The notes beneath the pieces were generated by a model. That model worked only from the letters and a program-made list of their open reading frames with translations. It ran no database searches and was not told the DNA's origin. A stretch of 63,336 nt of DNA, filler included, from Coriobacteriales bacterium (lineage in GTDB: Bacteria; Actinomycetota; Coriobacteriia; Coriobacteriales; UBA8131), in assembly GCA_031263105.1 (NCBI GenBank). It is 6 parts of 6 records of this genome, joined end to end, with 100 filler letters (N's around TTAATTAATTAA, not from the genome) between each part and the next. Parts side by side here need not be neighbours in the genome. Positions count along the whole stretch, not along the records: positions 30,935 to 49,288 come from JAISGJ010000121.1; positions 49,389 to 58,668 come from JAISGJ010000146.1; 4 more parts are not named here. One strand, 5' to 3'. The first letter of the stretch is position 1; each line of letters opens with the position of its first letter. Position numbers and translations under genes: made by a program. Positions 46,350 to 55,948 of this stretch are shown here, in pieces.

Positions 46350-48986
46350 CTACTGCGCCCGCTTCCAGTGGGCGTAGAGCGTGACGGGGCGGGTGACCTT
46401 CGTGGTGCTCACCACCTTGGTGCCCTTCACCTTGCCGGTGAACCAGCCCTGGAAGGTGTAGCCGGTGCGGGTGGGGACGGGGAGCTTGCCGAACTTGGCA
46501 TTGTGGGGCCTCTTGAGGGTGGAGGTCGAGGCCTTGCCCAGTTTGCCGCCGTTGGCGGCGAGCTTCACGGTGTAGGTCTTGGCCTTCCAGTGGGCGTAGT
46601 AGGTGACGCTCTTGGCGACCGCCGTCTTGGCCGTGACCTTGGTGCCCTTCACTTTGCCAGTGAACCAGCCTTGGAAGGTGTAGCCGGTGCGGGTGGGGGT
46701 GGCGAGCCTGCCGAGCGCCGCGCCCTTCTTCTTCACGACGGAGGCGGTCGCGGCCTTGCCGACCTTGCCGCCGTTGGCGTTGAGGGTGACGACGGGGCCG
46801 TTGGCCTTCCAGTGGGCGTAGTAGGTGAGGTTCCTGGTGACCTTCGTCCTGGCGTCGGCCTTCTTGGCATTGGACGCCTTGGAGGCGAACCAGCCTTGGA
46901 AGGTGTAGCCGGTGCGCGTCGGCTTGGCGGCGAGCTTGCCGAGCGCCTGGTTGTGCCTCTTCGTGAGGGACGCCGCCTTGGCGGCGAGCCTGCCGCCGTT
47001 GGGGTCGAGCTTGACGGTGTAGGCCTTCAGCTCGAACTTGGCGGTGACCGTGAGGTCGGAGGTCACGCTGTTGAATTTCTTGTCCCAGGCCTTGAAGACG
47101 TAGCCGGAAGGCGCGGGCACGCTCCGGGGCGCGGCCGCAGCCTTGCCGTGGGCAACGTCGGAGGTCGCGAGCACCTTGCCGCCGTGGCCCACGAAGACAA
47201 CCTTATGGGTGGCGGGGGGCGGGGGGTCGTCGGCCTTGGCGGCGTCCTTCTCGTACTGCGCGGTGACCGTGAGATCGGCGGTCACGCCCGCGAATGCCCG
47301 ATCCCAGCCCGTGAAGGTGTAGCCTGCGACCTTGGGCGCGGCCGGGGCGACGGCGGCGGAGCCGTGGGGGACCGTGCGCACGGCGAGCACCGTGTCGTCC
47401 CGACCCTTGAAGGTCACAGTGTAGGTGTCGGGCGCCCAGTGCGCGTACCAGGTCGCGTCGGCGGTGACCGGCGTGCCCGACGTGACCTCCGCGCCGCCGG
47501 AGGGCGCCGTGAACCAGCCTGCGAACGTGTGGCTCCCGAGCGCGGGCACCGGCAGCGCACCTGCGGCGGTGCCCCTGCTCCTCGTTATGCGCGACACGAC
47601 GGCCCCGTCCACCCTGCCCCCGTTGGCATCGAGGGTGACGAAGACGGGCGACCAGAAGACCGGGCCGAGGAGGCCGATGTCCCAACCGCTGCTCCAGCCG
47701 ATGCTCCAGCCGCCCTCCCATCCGGCGGCGGGCCCGGACGGCGCCTCGCAGTAAAGGGCGGCCGTGCAGCCGGAGAACGCCCCGTACCCGATCCCGGCCA
47801 CGCCGTCGCCGATCGAGACGGACGCGAGGGACGTGCAGCCCTCGAACGCCCCGCCCCCGATCACGGCCACGGACGGGGGGACGGCGTAGCCCGCCGCCGC
47901 CCTGCCCGGCGGGTACCGGACGAGCAGCTCCTTGCCCTTGTCGAAGAGGACGCCGCCCTCCGACGAGTAGGCCGGGTTGCCGTCGGCGACCTCGATGGAC
48001 GCGAGGGACGCGCAGCCGGAGAACGCCCCGTACCCGATCGCGGCCACGGACGGGGGGACGGAGACGGACGCGAGGGACGCGCAGCCGGAGAACGCCCCGT
48101 CCCCGATCTCGGCCACGCCGTCGCCGATCGAGACGGACGCGAGGGACGCGCAGCCCTCGAACGCCCCGTCCCCGATCCCGGCCACGGACGGGGGGATCGC
48201 GACGGACGCGAGGGACGTGCAGCCGGAGAACGCCCAGCCCCCGATCCTCTCCACGCCGTCGGCGACCTCGACGGACGCGAGGGACGTGCAGTTCTCGAAC
48301 GCCCTGCCCCCGATCTCGGCCACGGACGGGGGGATCGCGACGGACGCGAGGGACGTGCAGTCGGCGAACGCCTCGCCCCCGATCCTCTCCACGCTCTCGC
48401 CGATCGCGACGGACGCGAGGGACGCGCAGCCGGAGAACGCCTGGTCCCCGATCTCGGCCACGCCGTCGCCGATCTCGACGGACGCGAGGGACGTGCAGCC
48501 GGAGAACGCCTGGTCCCCGATCGATGCCGAGGGGACCTCGACGGACGCGAGGGACGTGCAGCCGGAGAACGCGTAGCTCCCGATCCCGGCCACGCCGTCG
48601 CCGACGGCGACGGCAACTATCTCGTCTCGGTAGTCATACCACGGGGAGCCTACCCACTCGTAGTCCGCCATCGCCCCCGTGCCGGATATGGTGAGGACGC
48701 CGCCCTCGAGCGACCAGGCGACGCCCGTGCCGTCGCCGTCGGCACCGCAGGTGCCGCTGGCGACGAACGCCTGCGGGGCCGCGCCTGTCGCCTGCGGGGC
48801 CGCGCCTGTCGCCGTGCCGCCGGTCGCCCCCGCGCCAAGCGCATCGTCCTGCCCTGCCTCCGCCCCATAGGCCGCAGGCACACCGCCCAGCGTGAGGGCG
48901 AGCGCGGCCGCCAAGAGGCAGGCCAGCGCCCTCTGCGGCACATCCTTGCGCGGTGCGGTGCGTGTGCGTGCGTGCGTGTGTCCCAT
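46350..48986 (-). CDS. Secreted surface protein with BspA-type LRR (LRR_5) and InlB B-repeat domains
   Basis: Signal-like LLAAALALTLGGVPAAYG; about 11 AFSGCxSLASV repeats; several ANGG...PTRTGYTFQGWF...YAHWK repeats. Confidence 0.9.
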   Translation of the reverse strand: MGHTHARTRTAPRKDVPQRALACLLAAALALTLGGVPAAYGAEAGQDDALGAGATGGTATGAAPQATGAAPQAFVASGTCGADGDGTGVAWSLEGGVLTISGTGAMADYEWVGSPWYDYRDEIVAVAVGDGVAGIGSYAFSGCTSLASVEVPSASIGDQAFSGCTSLASVEIGDGVAEIGDQAFSGCASLASVAIGESVERIGGEAFADCTSLASVAIPPSVAEIGGRAFENCTSLASVEVADGVERIGGWAFSGCTSLASVAIPPSVAGIGDGAFEGCASLASVSIGDGVAEIGDGAFSGCASLASVSVPPSVAAIGYGAFSGCASLASIEVADGNPAYSSEGGVLFDKGKELLVRYPPGRAAAGYAVPPSVAVIGGGAFEGCTSLASVSIGDGVAGIGYGAFSGCTAALYCEAPSGPAAGWEGGWSIGWSSGWDIGLLGPVFWSPVFVTLDANGGRVDGAVVSRITRSRGTAAGALPVPALGSHTFAGWFTAPSGGAEVTSGTPVTADATWYAHWAPDTYTVTFKGRDDTVLAVRTVPHGSAAVAPAAPKVAGYTFTGWDRAFAGVTADLTVTAQYEKDAAKADDPPPPATHKVVFVGHGGKVLATSDVAHGKAAAAPRSVPAPSGYVFKAWDKKFNSVTSDLTVTAKFELKAYTVKLDPNGGRLAAKAASLTKRHNQALGKLAAKPTRTGYTFQGWFASKASNAKKADARTKVTRNLTYYAHWKANGPVVTLNANGGKVGKAATASVVKKKGAALGRLATPTRTGYTFQGWFTGKVKGTKVTAKTAVAKSVTYYAHWKAKTYTVKLAANGGKLGKASTSTLKRPHNAKFGKLPVPTRTGYTFQGWFTGKVKGTKVVSTTKVTRPVTLYAHWKRAQ

Positions 48987-49158
48987 GGTGGTCCCCTTCC
49001 GGTGCTCCTGCCGTGTCCCGTGCGGGGCCGCCCCGGGCGCATCGCCCGACGCAGGGCGACCGGTGCCCTTCTGGCCCTCTCTATATCTCCTATGCCCAGT
49101 ATGCCCCCCGCGTCCCCGCTGTCAAGGGGCAGAGGAGGAAAACCTCTTTCGGCCTTGA

Positions 49159-49288
49159 GCGCGGGTTACCGTACGCACCCCCACTGTCGGGCGCGGGTTA
49201 CCGTACGCACCCCCACTGTCGGGCGCGGGTTACCGTACGCACCCCCACTGTCGGGCGCGGGTTACCGTACGCACCCCCACTGTCGGGC
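49159..49288. repeat. Four tandem 32-bp units containing the element left terminus
   Basis: GCGCGGGTTACCGTACGCACCCCCACTGTCGG x4 at the contig end. Confidence 0.88.
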
Positions 49289-49388
49289 NNNNNNNNNNNN
49301 NNNNNNNNNNNNNNNNNNNNNNNNNNNNNNNNTTAATTAATTAANNNNNNNNNNNNNNNNNNNNNNNNNNNNNNNNNNNNNNNNNNNN
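49289..49388. other. Artificial contig spacer
   Basis: N44-TTAATTAATTAA-N44. Confidence 0.99.
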
Positions 49389-49508
49389 CATGTCGTGTAA
49401 TAAATAAATATATGTAATTAGGAGATACACATAAACTAGTTGTGTTGATGGTAATACCAATCACCTATTTAATTATAACACAACAGGATGCACCCCACCC
49501 ACCTTAAG

Positions 49509-49810
49509 GTTACTTGAAGAGTTATACAGTTATGTAAGAGAACATTACTTGAAGAGTTATGCAGTTACATAAGAGAACGTTATTTTAGCAGTTATAAAGT
49601 GTCTAAGAGAACGTTACGTCGGAAGTTATTAAGCCATATGAGGGAATGTTACTTGAAGAGTTATACAGCTACGTAAGTGAACGTTGTTTTAGCAGTTATA
49701 AAGCAGAACGTTACTTCAAGAGTTATACAGTTACATAAGAGAACGTTGTTTCAGCAGTTATAAAGTGTCTAAAGAGAACGTTGCGTTAACAGTTATAAAG
49801 TGGTCTGAGA
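49509..49810. repeat. Degenerate minisatellite, about 34-35-bp unit
   Basis: GTTACTTGAAGAGTTATACAGTTACATAAGAGAAC and GTTGTTTTAGCAGTTATAAAGTGTCTAAGAGAAC variants. Confidence 0.8.
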
Positions 49811-50702
49811 GGACACGATTTTCTTTCCGTCTGTCTACTGTGTGATTACGCAGACTTAGCAACGAATCAGCAGCGCAAGAAAGCATTGTTGCTTCAGATC
49901 CTAAGCACATACTACTATAAATTATTAACCAATCTCGATCTTGTATTTTACTTCCCCATATTTTATTCAAAATAGGCATATTCTTCATGTTGTTGATGCT
50001 GATTTCGAAACAGTCTGGAACTGTATGACCCCAGTAAGGAATATATGCATTACCGGCATTAGATATCACGAAATCTGGGCAATATCAATTTATTAACAGC
50101 GACAATACTGAACATCAAAGAGGTACTGAACAGAGCCCAGACTGTCTAACACAAGAACATGTAGCTTCAATTGGACGCTTAGCGTGATATTGCAACGGTC
50201 AGCCAGGTGTCCCAAAACATAGTTTGCTAAAGCACAACAGCAGACAATCTCGTTTCCTTTATTTGGAACTTGTGAAGTCGGTTAGCCCGAAAATTTTGCC
50301 GAACTTGATACAGACTTGCTTTGTATCGACGTAACTGGTTTGCATAACCGGTTAACTATGATCTCCTGAAACCAAGGTCCTGCCGGTGTCCTCTGTGACC
50401 AATTCGGAACCAGTTGGACAAACTGTTTTATATTCACACGAAACAGCAAGTTTACGAGCGGATGTTGCTTATATGACAGGACCTTGCGTCATGCACTACC
50501 AAAACACGATTCCCCATCAGCAGTTTTAACGTCATTTGAGCTGGTTTTACATGCAGAATAAATTTTGTTCCCATTAGGCCCTACAGAAACGACCCGCCAT
50601 AAACTGGCCGCGGGAGATGCCATCTTCCGGGGTACCGTTCACCAACTGTGTCATGTGAGAGGCCAAACGGTTTTCGAGTACCTTCGGAATAGTTTCAATA
50701 GC

Positions 50703-51011
50703 AAAAGTTGCCCCTGTGAGTAACTAGTCAAGCACTACGCCATAAAGACTAATGGGGAGAATGGATGTGTAGCTCCATTTATTCTTGACCTTGGCATTAT
50801 ATGGAGGCGAGTGGTCAACTTCGGGCATCGTCCGCTTTACCCCTGAGTAAGCGTCCCTGGTGTCCATTGGACAGAAGCTTCAATGAGCCCCACAACCTGT
50901 CTGGCCGACATAGAAAAGAGAACAACGTCGCCAACGCCTGGGCTTGAACTCCGATCCCTCGGTCTTGCAGCCTATAGTCAATCCCCATACAGACTGCGCT
51001 ATCCCGGCCCC
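50703..51011 (-). mobile_element. tRNA-derived SINE, termite-like
   Basis: Minus-strand head GGGGCCGGGATAGCGCAGTC (A box) and GAGTTCAAGCC (B box); body resembles a termite SINE from memory, not searched. Confidence 0.7.
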
Positions 51012-51027
51012 TGTAGTTTGAATAAGA

Positions 51028-51335
51028 CAGATTCCGTGGCCTTTAGTCCTCGAGCGAGCTATACAGACCGAGCGACCGCCGCTTGTCGCCGAAGTTATTG
51101 CCAATATTTTGTGGATAGAGGATGTTGCGTGGTCAGCACAACGGATCCCTACGGCCGTATTCTCGGTTTCCTAGACCGGAGCCGCTACTATTTCTTCCAG
51201 GTAGCTCCTGAATGGTACGCACGAGGCTGAGTGGACCCCGTTCTAGATCCACTACTCGGAAAAATCTGGTAGTGCCGAGAATCGAACCCGGACCTCTGGA
51301 TCTGTAGCCAAGAACCCATACCACTAGCCCACTGC
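51028..51335 (-). mobile_element. Second tRNA-derived SINE, different family
   Basis: Minus-strand head GGCTAGTGG (A box) and GGGTTCGATTC (B box); about 300 bp. Confidence 0.7.
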
Positions 51336-51465
51336 TGCTTATTTATTAAGATGTTTGATGAAAGGCTTCATAATCTGTTCTTCCATTGCCACGTATATTT
51401 ATGGGGTTAGATCAGGAATACGACGGTACAATAAGCAGCATGGAAGATGAGGAACACGGAAAACT

Positions 51466-51590
51466 CCCCCGGAGATAAACAGGCCGGGGCGTGAACTCAG
51501 CACTCACCTCATTTCAGTATCGAGTTTATGAGTGCGTGAAGCTATACATCTTTACAGCGTGGTGCTAATGAAGCACATGGACCTTTCTCT
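51466..51590 (+). mobile_element. Partial SINE body, inverse orientation to 50703-51011
   Basis: GGCCGGGGCGTGAA...CACTCACCTC...GCTATACATC...GCGTGGTGCT...AAGCACA mirrors 50705-50850. Confidence 0.6.
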
Positions 51591-51988
51591 TAAGCTGCAA
51601 GAGTGGTTACACAAACCTTTCTTTCTCTTGGCCACCCACAACCCAGACATGTAGGCCTACTCCGGTGTTTGCAAGGAAGAGCCTCGGCAGCACACAAAAA
51701 ACGTGTACTCAGTCCTGGCCTGGTTAATTGGGATTACCCCCCTGCCGTTAGGACTGCAATGGGAGGGGACCAGCCTCAACCGGAACCCCACGGAGGGACC
51801 CCTGCTGCTCCCGACCATTCCCTTAAAGCCGACAGAAACCAGATAACGTGTCAATGCAAAGGGAGCCTTAGGGGGCCCCCCCCCCCGGCGGGGGGGGGGG
51901 GGGGGGGGGGCCGACAGGGAGGTCAGTAACGACGAGGTAACTGCCTGCGGGCCACGGCAGCTGGCGCGCTTGCCTTTCTGCTCTTGTA

Positions 51989-52015
51989 GTGTTACGATTT
52001 CAGAAATTGTAACAC
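51989..52015. promoter_or_regulatory. NikR-type operator palindrome
   Basis: GTGTTAC-N13-GTAACAC just before the RBS of the ABC operon. Confidence 0.7.
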
Positions 52016-52034
52016 CTCATGAAAGGAGCGCGGG

Positions 52035-53780
52035 ATGGAAGGCAGCACGGACGGACACGGCACGGACACAGCGCAGGCACCGATCTCGCGGCGGGCGTTC
52101 GCGCGGATCGCAGGGGCGGGAGCGCTGGCAGCGTTGGCAGGCCCGGTCCTCTCCGCATGCACCGCTGCACCCGAGGAGACGCCGGACGCGGACACGACGG
52201 GTGCGGACCCGAACGCAGGAGGCGTCATCGACGACGGTGCGGTCGCAACGGGCGCACAGGTCACCGTCGCCATAGGGACGGGCAACGAGCCGGCGGCGGG
52301 CTTCGACCCCTTCTTCAACTGGGGCGCGGGCGAGCACAGCCACGAGCCGCTGATCCAGAGCACGCTCGTCACCACCACGGTGGACATGGGGTTCCAAAAC
52401 GACCTCGCGACGGACTACAAGGTGAGCGACGACGGGCTGCTGTGGACCTTCACCATCCGCGACGACGTGCGCTTCACCGACGGCGAGGCGCTGACCGCCG
52501 CCGACGTGGCCTACACGCTGAACGGCATCAAGGCCTCAAGGGGCTCCGAGACCGACCTGAGCATGATACGCGAGGCGGCCGCAACCGACGGCACCACGGT
52601 CGAGCTCCGCTTGGAGCGCCCCTACAACGCGCTGCTGTACACGCTGGCGAACGTCGGGATCGTGCCCGGGCACGCGCATGGCACGGACTATGGGGAGAAG
52701 CCCATAGGCAGCGGGCGCTACAGGCTTGAGCAGTGGGACCGGGGCCAGCAGGCCGTCTTCGTCGCCAACCCCGACTATTATGGGGAGAGGCCGCTGATGG
52801 AGCGCGTCGTCGTCGTCTTCATGGAGGAGGACGCGTCGATGGCGGCCGTGCAGTCCAGGCAGGTGGACATGGCGGCGACCTCGGCGGTCTTCAGCAGCCA
52901 GGTCGTCGACGGCTACGACATCCTGAGCTGCAAGTCGGTGGACAGCCGTGGCATCTCGCTGCCGACGCTGCCCTTCGGCAGCACCAAGACGGAGGGCGAC
53001 GCGGAACTCCCCGCAGGCGACGCGGTGACCAGCGACCTCGCAATCCGACGCGCACTCAGCTACGCCGTCGACCGTGACCTGATGGTACAGAACGTGCTCA
53101 ACGGCTATGGCACGGTGGCCTTCAGCGTCTCGGACGGCATGCCCTGGTCCTCTCCCGACATGAAGGTCGTCACGAGCGTCGACGAGGCCATACGGATCAT
53201 GGAGGAGGGCGGCTGGACCTTCAACGAGGACGGCATCGCTGAGAAGGACGGGGTGCGTGCGGGCTTCGAGCTCTGTTATCCCTCCAACGACGGCATACGC
53301 CAGGCACTCGCAAACGAGTTCGCCAACCAGGTGCGCGCGGCGGGCATCGTGGTCAGCGTGTCGGGGCTCAGCTGGGACGACCTGTACCCGCGCGCCTACT
53401 CCACCCCCATCGTCTGGGGCTGGGGCTCGAACTCCCCCGCCGAGCTGTACAGCCTCTTCCATTCGAGCGGGAGCGGCAACTTCCCCTGCTACAGCAATGC
53501 GAGCGTCGACCGCTACCTGGACAGCGCGTTGGAGGCCGAGACGGTCGAGGAGAGCTTCTCCCTGTGGCAGAAGGCGCAGTGGGACGGGACGGAGGGCATC
53601 GCACCGCAAGGCGCGGCAACCTGGGTCTGGCTCGCAAACATCGACCACCTGTACCTCAAGCGCACCGGCCTCGTCGTGGCTCAGCAGAAGCTGCACCCCC
53701 ACGGCCACGGCTGGGCGGTGCTCAACAACGTCGACCGGTGGACCTGGGAACAGGGACAAGGGATAAGGGAACAGGGATAA
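52035..53780 (+). CDS. ABC transporter substrate-binding protein, family 5 (Ni/peptide), Tat lipoprotein
   Basis: SRRAFAR Tat motif; LSAC lipobox; DLATDY..WTFTIRDDVRFTDG..LTAADV; C-terminal LHPHGHGW. Confidence 0.93.
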   Translation: MEGSTDGHGTDTAQAPISRRAFARIAGAGALAALAGPVLSACTAAPEETPDADTTGADPNAGGVIDDGAVATGAQVTVAIGTGNEPAAGFDPFFNWGAGEHSHEPLIQSTLVTTTVDMGFQNDLATDYKVSDDGLLWTFTIRDDVRFTDGEALTAADVAYTLNGIKASRGSETDLSMIREAAATDGTTVELRLERPYNALLYTLANVGIVPGHAHGTDYGEKPIGSGRYRLEQWDRGQQAVFVANPDYYGERPLMERVVVVFMEEDASMAAVQSRQVDMAATSAVFSSQVVDGYDILSCKSVDSRGISLPTLPFGSTKTEGDAELPAGDAVTSDLAIRRALSYAVDRDLMVQNVLNGYGTVAFSVSDGMPWSSPDMKVVTSVDEAIRIMEEGGWTFNEDGIAEKDGVRAGFELCYPSNDGIRQALANEFANQVRAAGIVVSVSGLSWDDLYPRAYSTPIVWGWGSNSPAELYSLFHSSGSGNFPCYSNASVDRYLDSALEAETVEESFSLWQKAQWDGTEGIAPQGAATWVWLANIDHLYLKRTGLVVAQQKLHPHGHGWAVLNNVDRWTWEQGQGIREQG

Positions 53781-53783
53781 GGG

Positions 53784-54986
53784 ATGCCCCCTTCGCCCCC
53801 CGCGAGGCCGCCGTCCCCCGCGCGGGCCGCGAGGGCCGCACAGCCGTCTCCCGCGCAGGGTGCGCAGGCCGCGCATCGGCATCGTGAACCTGATGCGCGA
53901 GAACTCCCGCCGTCCCCCGCGCAGGGCGCGCAGGCCGCGCAGCCTGTGCGCCCTCGGAAGGCCCCGGTGCTGCGCTTCGTCAGCGGACAGCTGCTGAGGT
54001 TCGCCTTGCTCATGGTCGCGGTGAGCATGGTGTCCTTCCTGCTGGTCAGCCTCTCGCCCATCGACCCCGTGCAGGCCAACGTCGGGCAGGTCGCCTACCT
54101 CAACATGAGCGAGGCGAAGCGCGCGCAGCTCGTCGAGTACTGGGGCACGGGCACCCCCGTGTGGGAACGTTACGCCCATTGGGCAGGCAGCGCCCTGCAG
54201 GGCGACCTGGGCATGTCCCTGCGCTACAATGCGCCCGTCACACAGGTGATCGCGCAGCGCTTCGTCAACTCCGCCGCCCTGATGGCAGCGGCGTGGCTCC
54301 TCTCCGGCATCCTCGGCCTGCTGCTGGGCGTCGCAGCCGCCGTGCGCCGCGACGGCTGGCTCGACCGCGCCATCAAGGCCTACAGCATCTTGCTCGCCTC
54401 CACGCCCACGTTCTGGCTCGCGCTGCTCCTCCTCATCGTGTTCTCCGTCTGGCTGGGCATCTTCCCGCTGGGCTTCAGCGTGCCCATCGGCGTGGCGCCG
54501 GGCGACGTGACCCTCGCGCAGAGCCTGCACCACCTCGTGCTCCCTGCGCTCACGCTCAGCCTCACAGGCGTCGCCAACATCGCGCTGCACACCCGTGAGA
54601 AGGCCATCGACGTGCTCCAGAGCGACTACGTGCGCTTCGCACGTGCGCGCGGCATGCGCACGGTGCCCCTCCTCTGGCGTCACGGCCTGCGCAACCTCGC
54701 GCTGCCGGCACTGACCCTGCAGTTCGCCTCGATCAGCGAGATCTTCGGCGGCTCCGTCCTCGTCGAACAGGTCTTCTCCTACCCCGGCCTCGGACAGGCG
54801 GCGGTGACCGCCGGCCTTGGCGGCGACGCCGCGCTCCTCGTCGGCATCGCGCTGATCTCGGCCGCCCTCGTCTTCGCCGGCAACCTGGCCGCGAACCTGC
54901 TCTACCCCGCCATCGACCCCCGCATGCGACCTCATGGGACGCGGCAGCAGTCAAAGGGGAGAAGGACGGAGGCTTCCCGTGTGTGA
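53784..54986 (+). CDS. ABC permease (NikB/DppB-like); start uncertain, low-complexity N-terminus
   Basis: GDLGMSL, STPTFWL, HLVLPAL, DYVRFARARG, VEQVFSYPGLG, DPR. Confidence 0.9.
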   Translation: MPPSPPARPPSPARAARAAQPSPAQGAQAAHRHREPDARELPPSPAQGAQAAQPVRPRKAPVLRFVSGQLLRFALLMVAVSMVSFLLVSLSPIDPVQANVGQVAYLNMSEAKRAQLVEYWGTGTPVWERYAHWAGSALQGDLGMSLRYNAPVTQVIAQRFVNSAALMAAAWLLSGILGLLLGVAAAVRRDGWLDRAIKAYSILLASTPTFWLALLLLIVFSVWLGIFPLGFSVPIGVAPGDVTLAQSLHHLVLPALTLSLTGVANIALHTREKAIDVLQSDYVRFARARGMRTVPLLWRHGLRNLALPALTLQFASISEIFGGSVLVEQVFSYPGLGQAAVTAGLGGDAALLVGIALISAALVFAGNLAANLLYPAIDPRMRPHGTRQQSKGRRTEASRV

Positions 54987-55933
54987 CTCTCCCGCACCTG
55001 CCGTGTGTGACAGTGGGGACGGCGGTGACAGTGGGGACGGTACGTTTTGTGACAGTGGGGACGGTACTGTTCTGTCACACACGGCAGGTGCCCCGCAGCG
55101 GAAGGAGCGACAACCGTCGTCGGACCCTTGCGGCGTTCGTCGTCGCCCTCCTGCTGCTCGTCGCCGTGGTGGCGGTCGGACGCCTGCTGGGCACCGGCGA
55201 GCCCAGCCTGGCAACGACCACCGACTTCACCGCCAAGAACCTCGGCCTCAGCCTCGACCATCCCTTCGGCACCGACTGGATGGGGCGCGACATGCTCGCA
55301 CGCACCTTTGCCGGCCTGGCCACCAGCGTGTTCGTCGGCCTGTTCGCCGCAGGTGCCTCGGCCCTGCTCGCCCTGCTCCTCGGAACCGTCGCCGCGCTCG
55401 GCGGCCGCCGCGCCGACGCCGTCGTCACCTGGCTCATCGACCTCGTGCTCGGAATCCCCCATATCGTGCTGCTGCTGCTCATCTCGTTTGCGCTCGGCAA
55501 AGGCTTCTGGGGCGTCGCCATCGGCGTGGCGCTCACGCACTGGCCCAACCTGGCGCGCGTGCTCCGCGCGGAGATACTCCAGTGCCGCGAGTCGGTCGCC
55601 GTCGCCCAGGCGCACAGGCTCGGTGCCCGTCCGACAGCCATCGTGCGCAGGCACCTCCTGCCGCACATCTTCCCCCAGTTCCTCGTGGGGCTTGTGCTGC
55701 TGTTCCCCCATGCCATCCTCCACGAGGCCTCCATCACCTTTCTCGGCTTCGGCCTGTCACCCGACCAGCCGGCCATCGGCATCATCCTCAGCGAGTCCAT
55801 GGGCTACCTCAGCGTCGGCTACTGGTGGCTGGCGTTCTTCCCGGGCCTTGCCCTCATCGCCACGGTGCTGCTCTTCGACCGGGCGGGCTCCAACCTGCGC
55901 CGCCTCATCGACCCCTACCGGTCCCAGGAATAG
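54983..55933 (+). CDS. ABC permease (NikC/DppC-like); start uncertain
   Basis: HPFGTDWMGRDM, ARVLRAE, HLLPHI, EASITFLGFG. Confidence 0.9.
   Translation: MTLPHLPCVTVGTAVTVGTVRFVTVGTVLFCHTRQVPRSGRSDNRRRTLAAFVVALLLLVAVVAVGRLLGTGEPSLATTTDFTAKNLGLSLDHPFGTDWMGRDMLARTFAGLATSVFVGLFAAGASALLALLLGTVAALGGRRADAVVTWLIDLVLGIPHIVLLLLISFALGKGFWGVAIGVALTHWPNLARVLRAEILQCRESVAVAQAHRLGARPTAIVRRHLLPHIFPQFLVGLVLLFPHAILHEASITFLGFGLSPDQPAIGIILSESMGYLSVGYWWLAFFPGLALIATVLLFDRAGSNLRRLIDPYRSQE
55003..55082. repeat. Three GTGACAGTGGGGACGG units at the permease junction
   Basis: Direct repeats; closed by CTGTCACAC. Confidence 0.8.
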
Positions 55934-55948
55934 GGAGGAGGACGAGCA

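Larger units (their letters stand above)
49389..51870. other. AT-rich non-coding eukaryote-like (probably insect host) DNA
   Basis: Sharp GC drop, no credible ORFs, minisatellite and tRNA-derived SINEs. Confidence 0.85.

Noticed and set aside
47760..48620. Diversity-generating retroelement TR/VR pair
   Set aside because: Ordinary LRR coding repeats; no reverse transcriptase and no adenine-specific mismatch pattern seen.
49509..49810. About 35-bp periodic AT-rich repeats as a CRISPR array
   Set aside because: Degenerate tandem units without spacers, inside eukaryote-like DNA.
50930..51335. tRNA genes suggested by A/B boxes
   Set aside because: No complete cloverleaf evident; they continue into SINE bodies.
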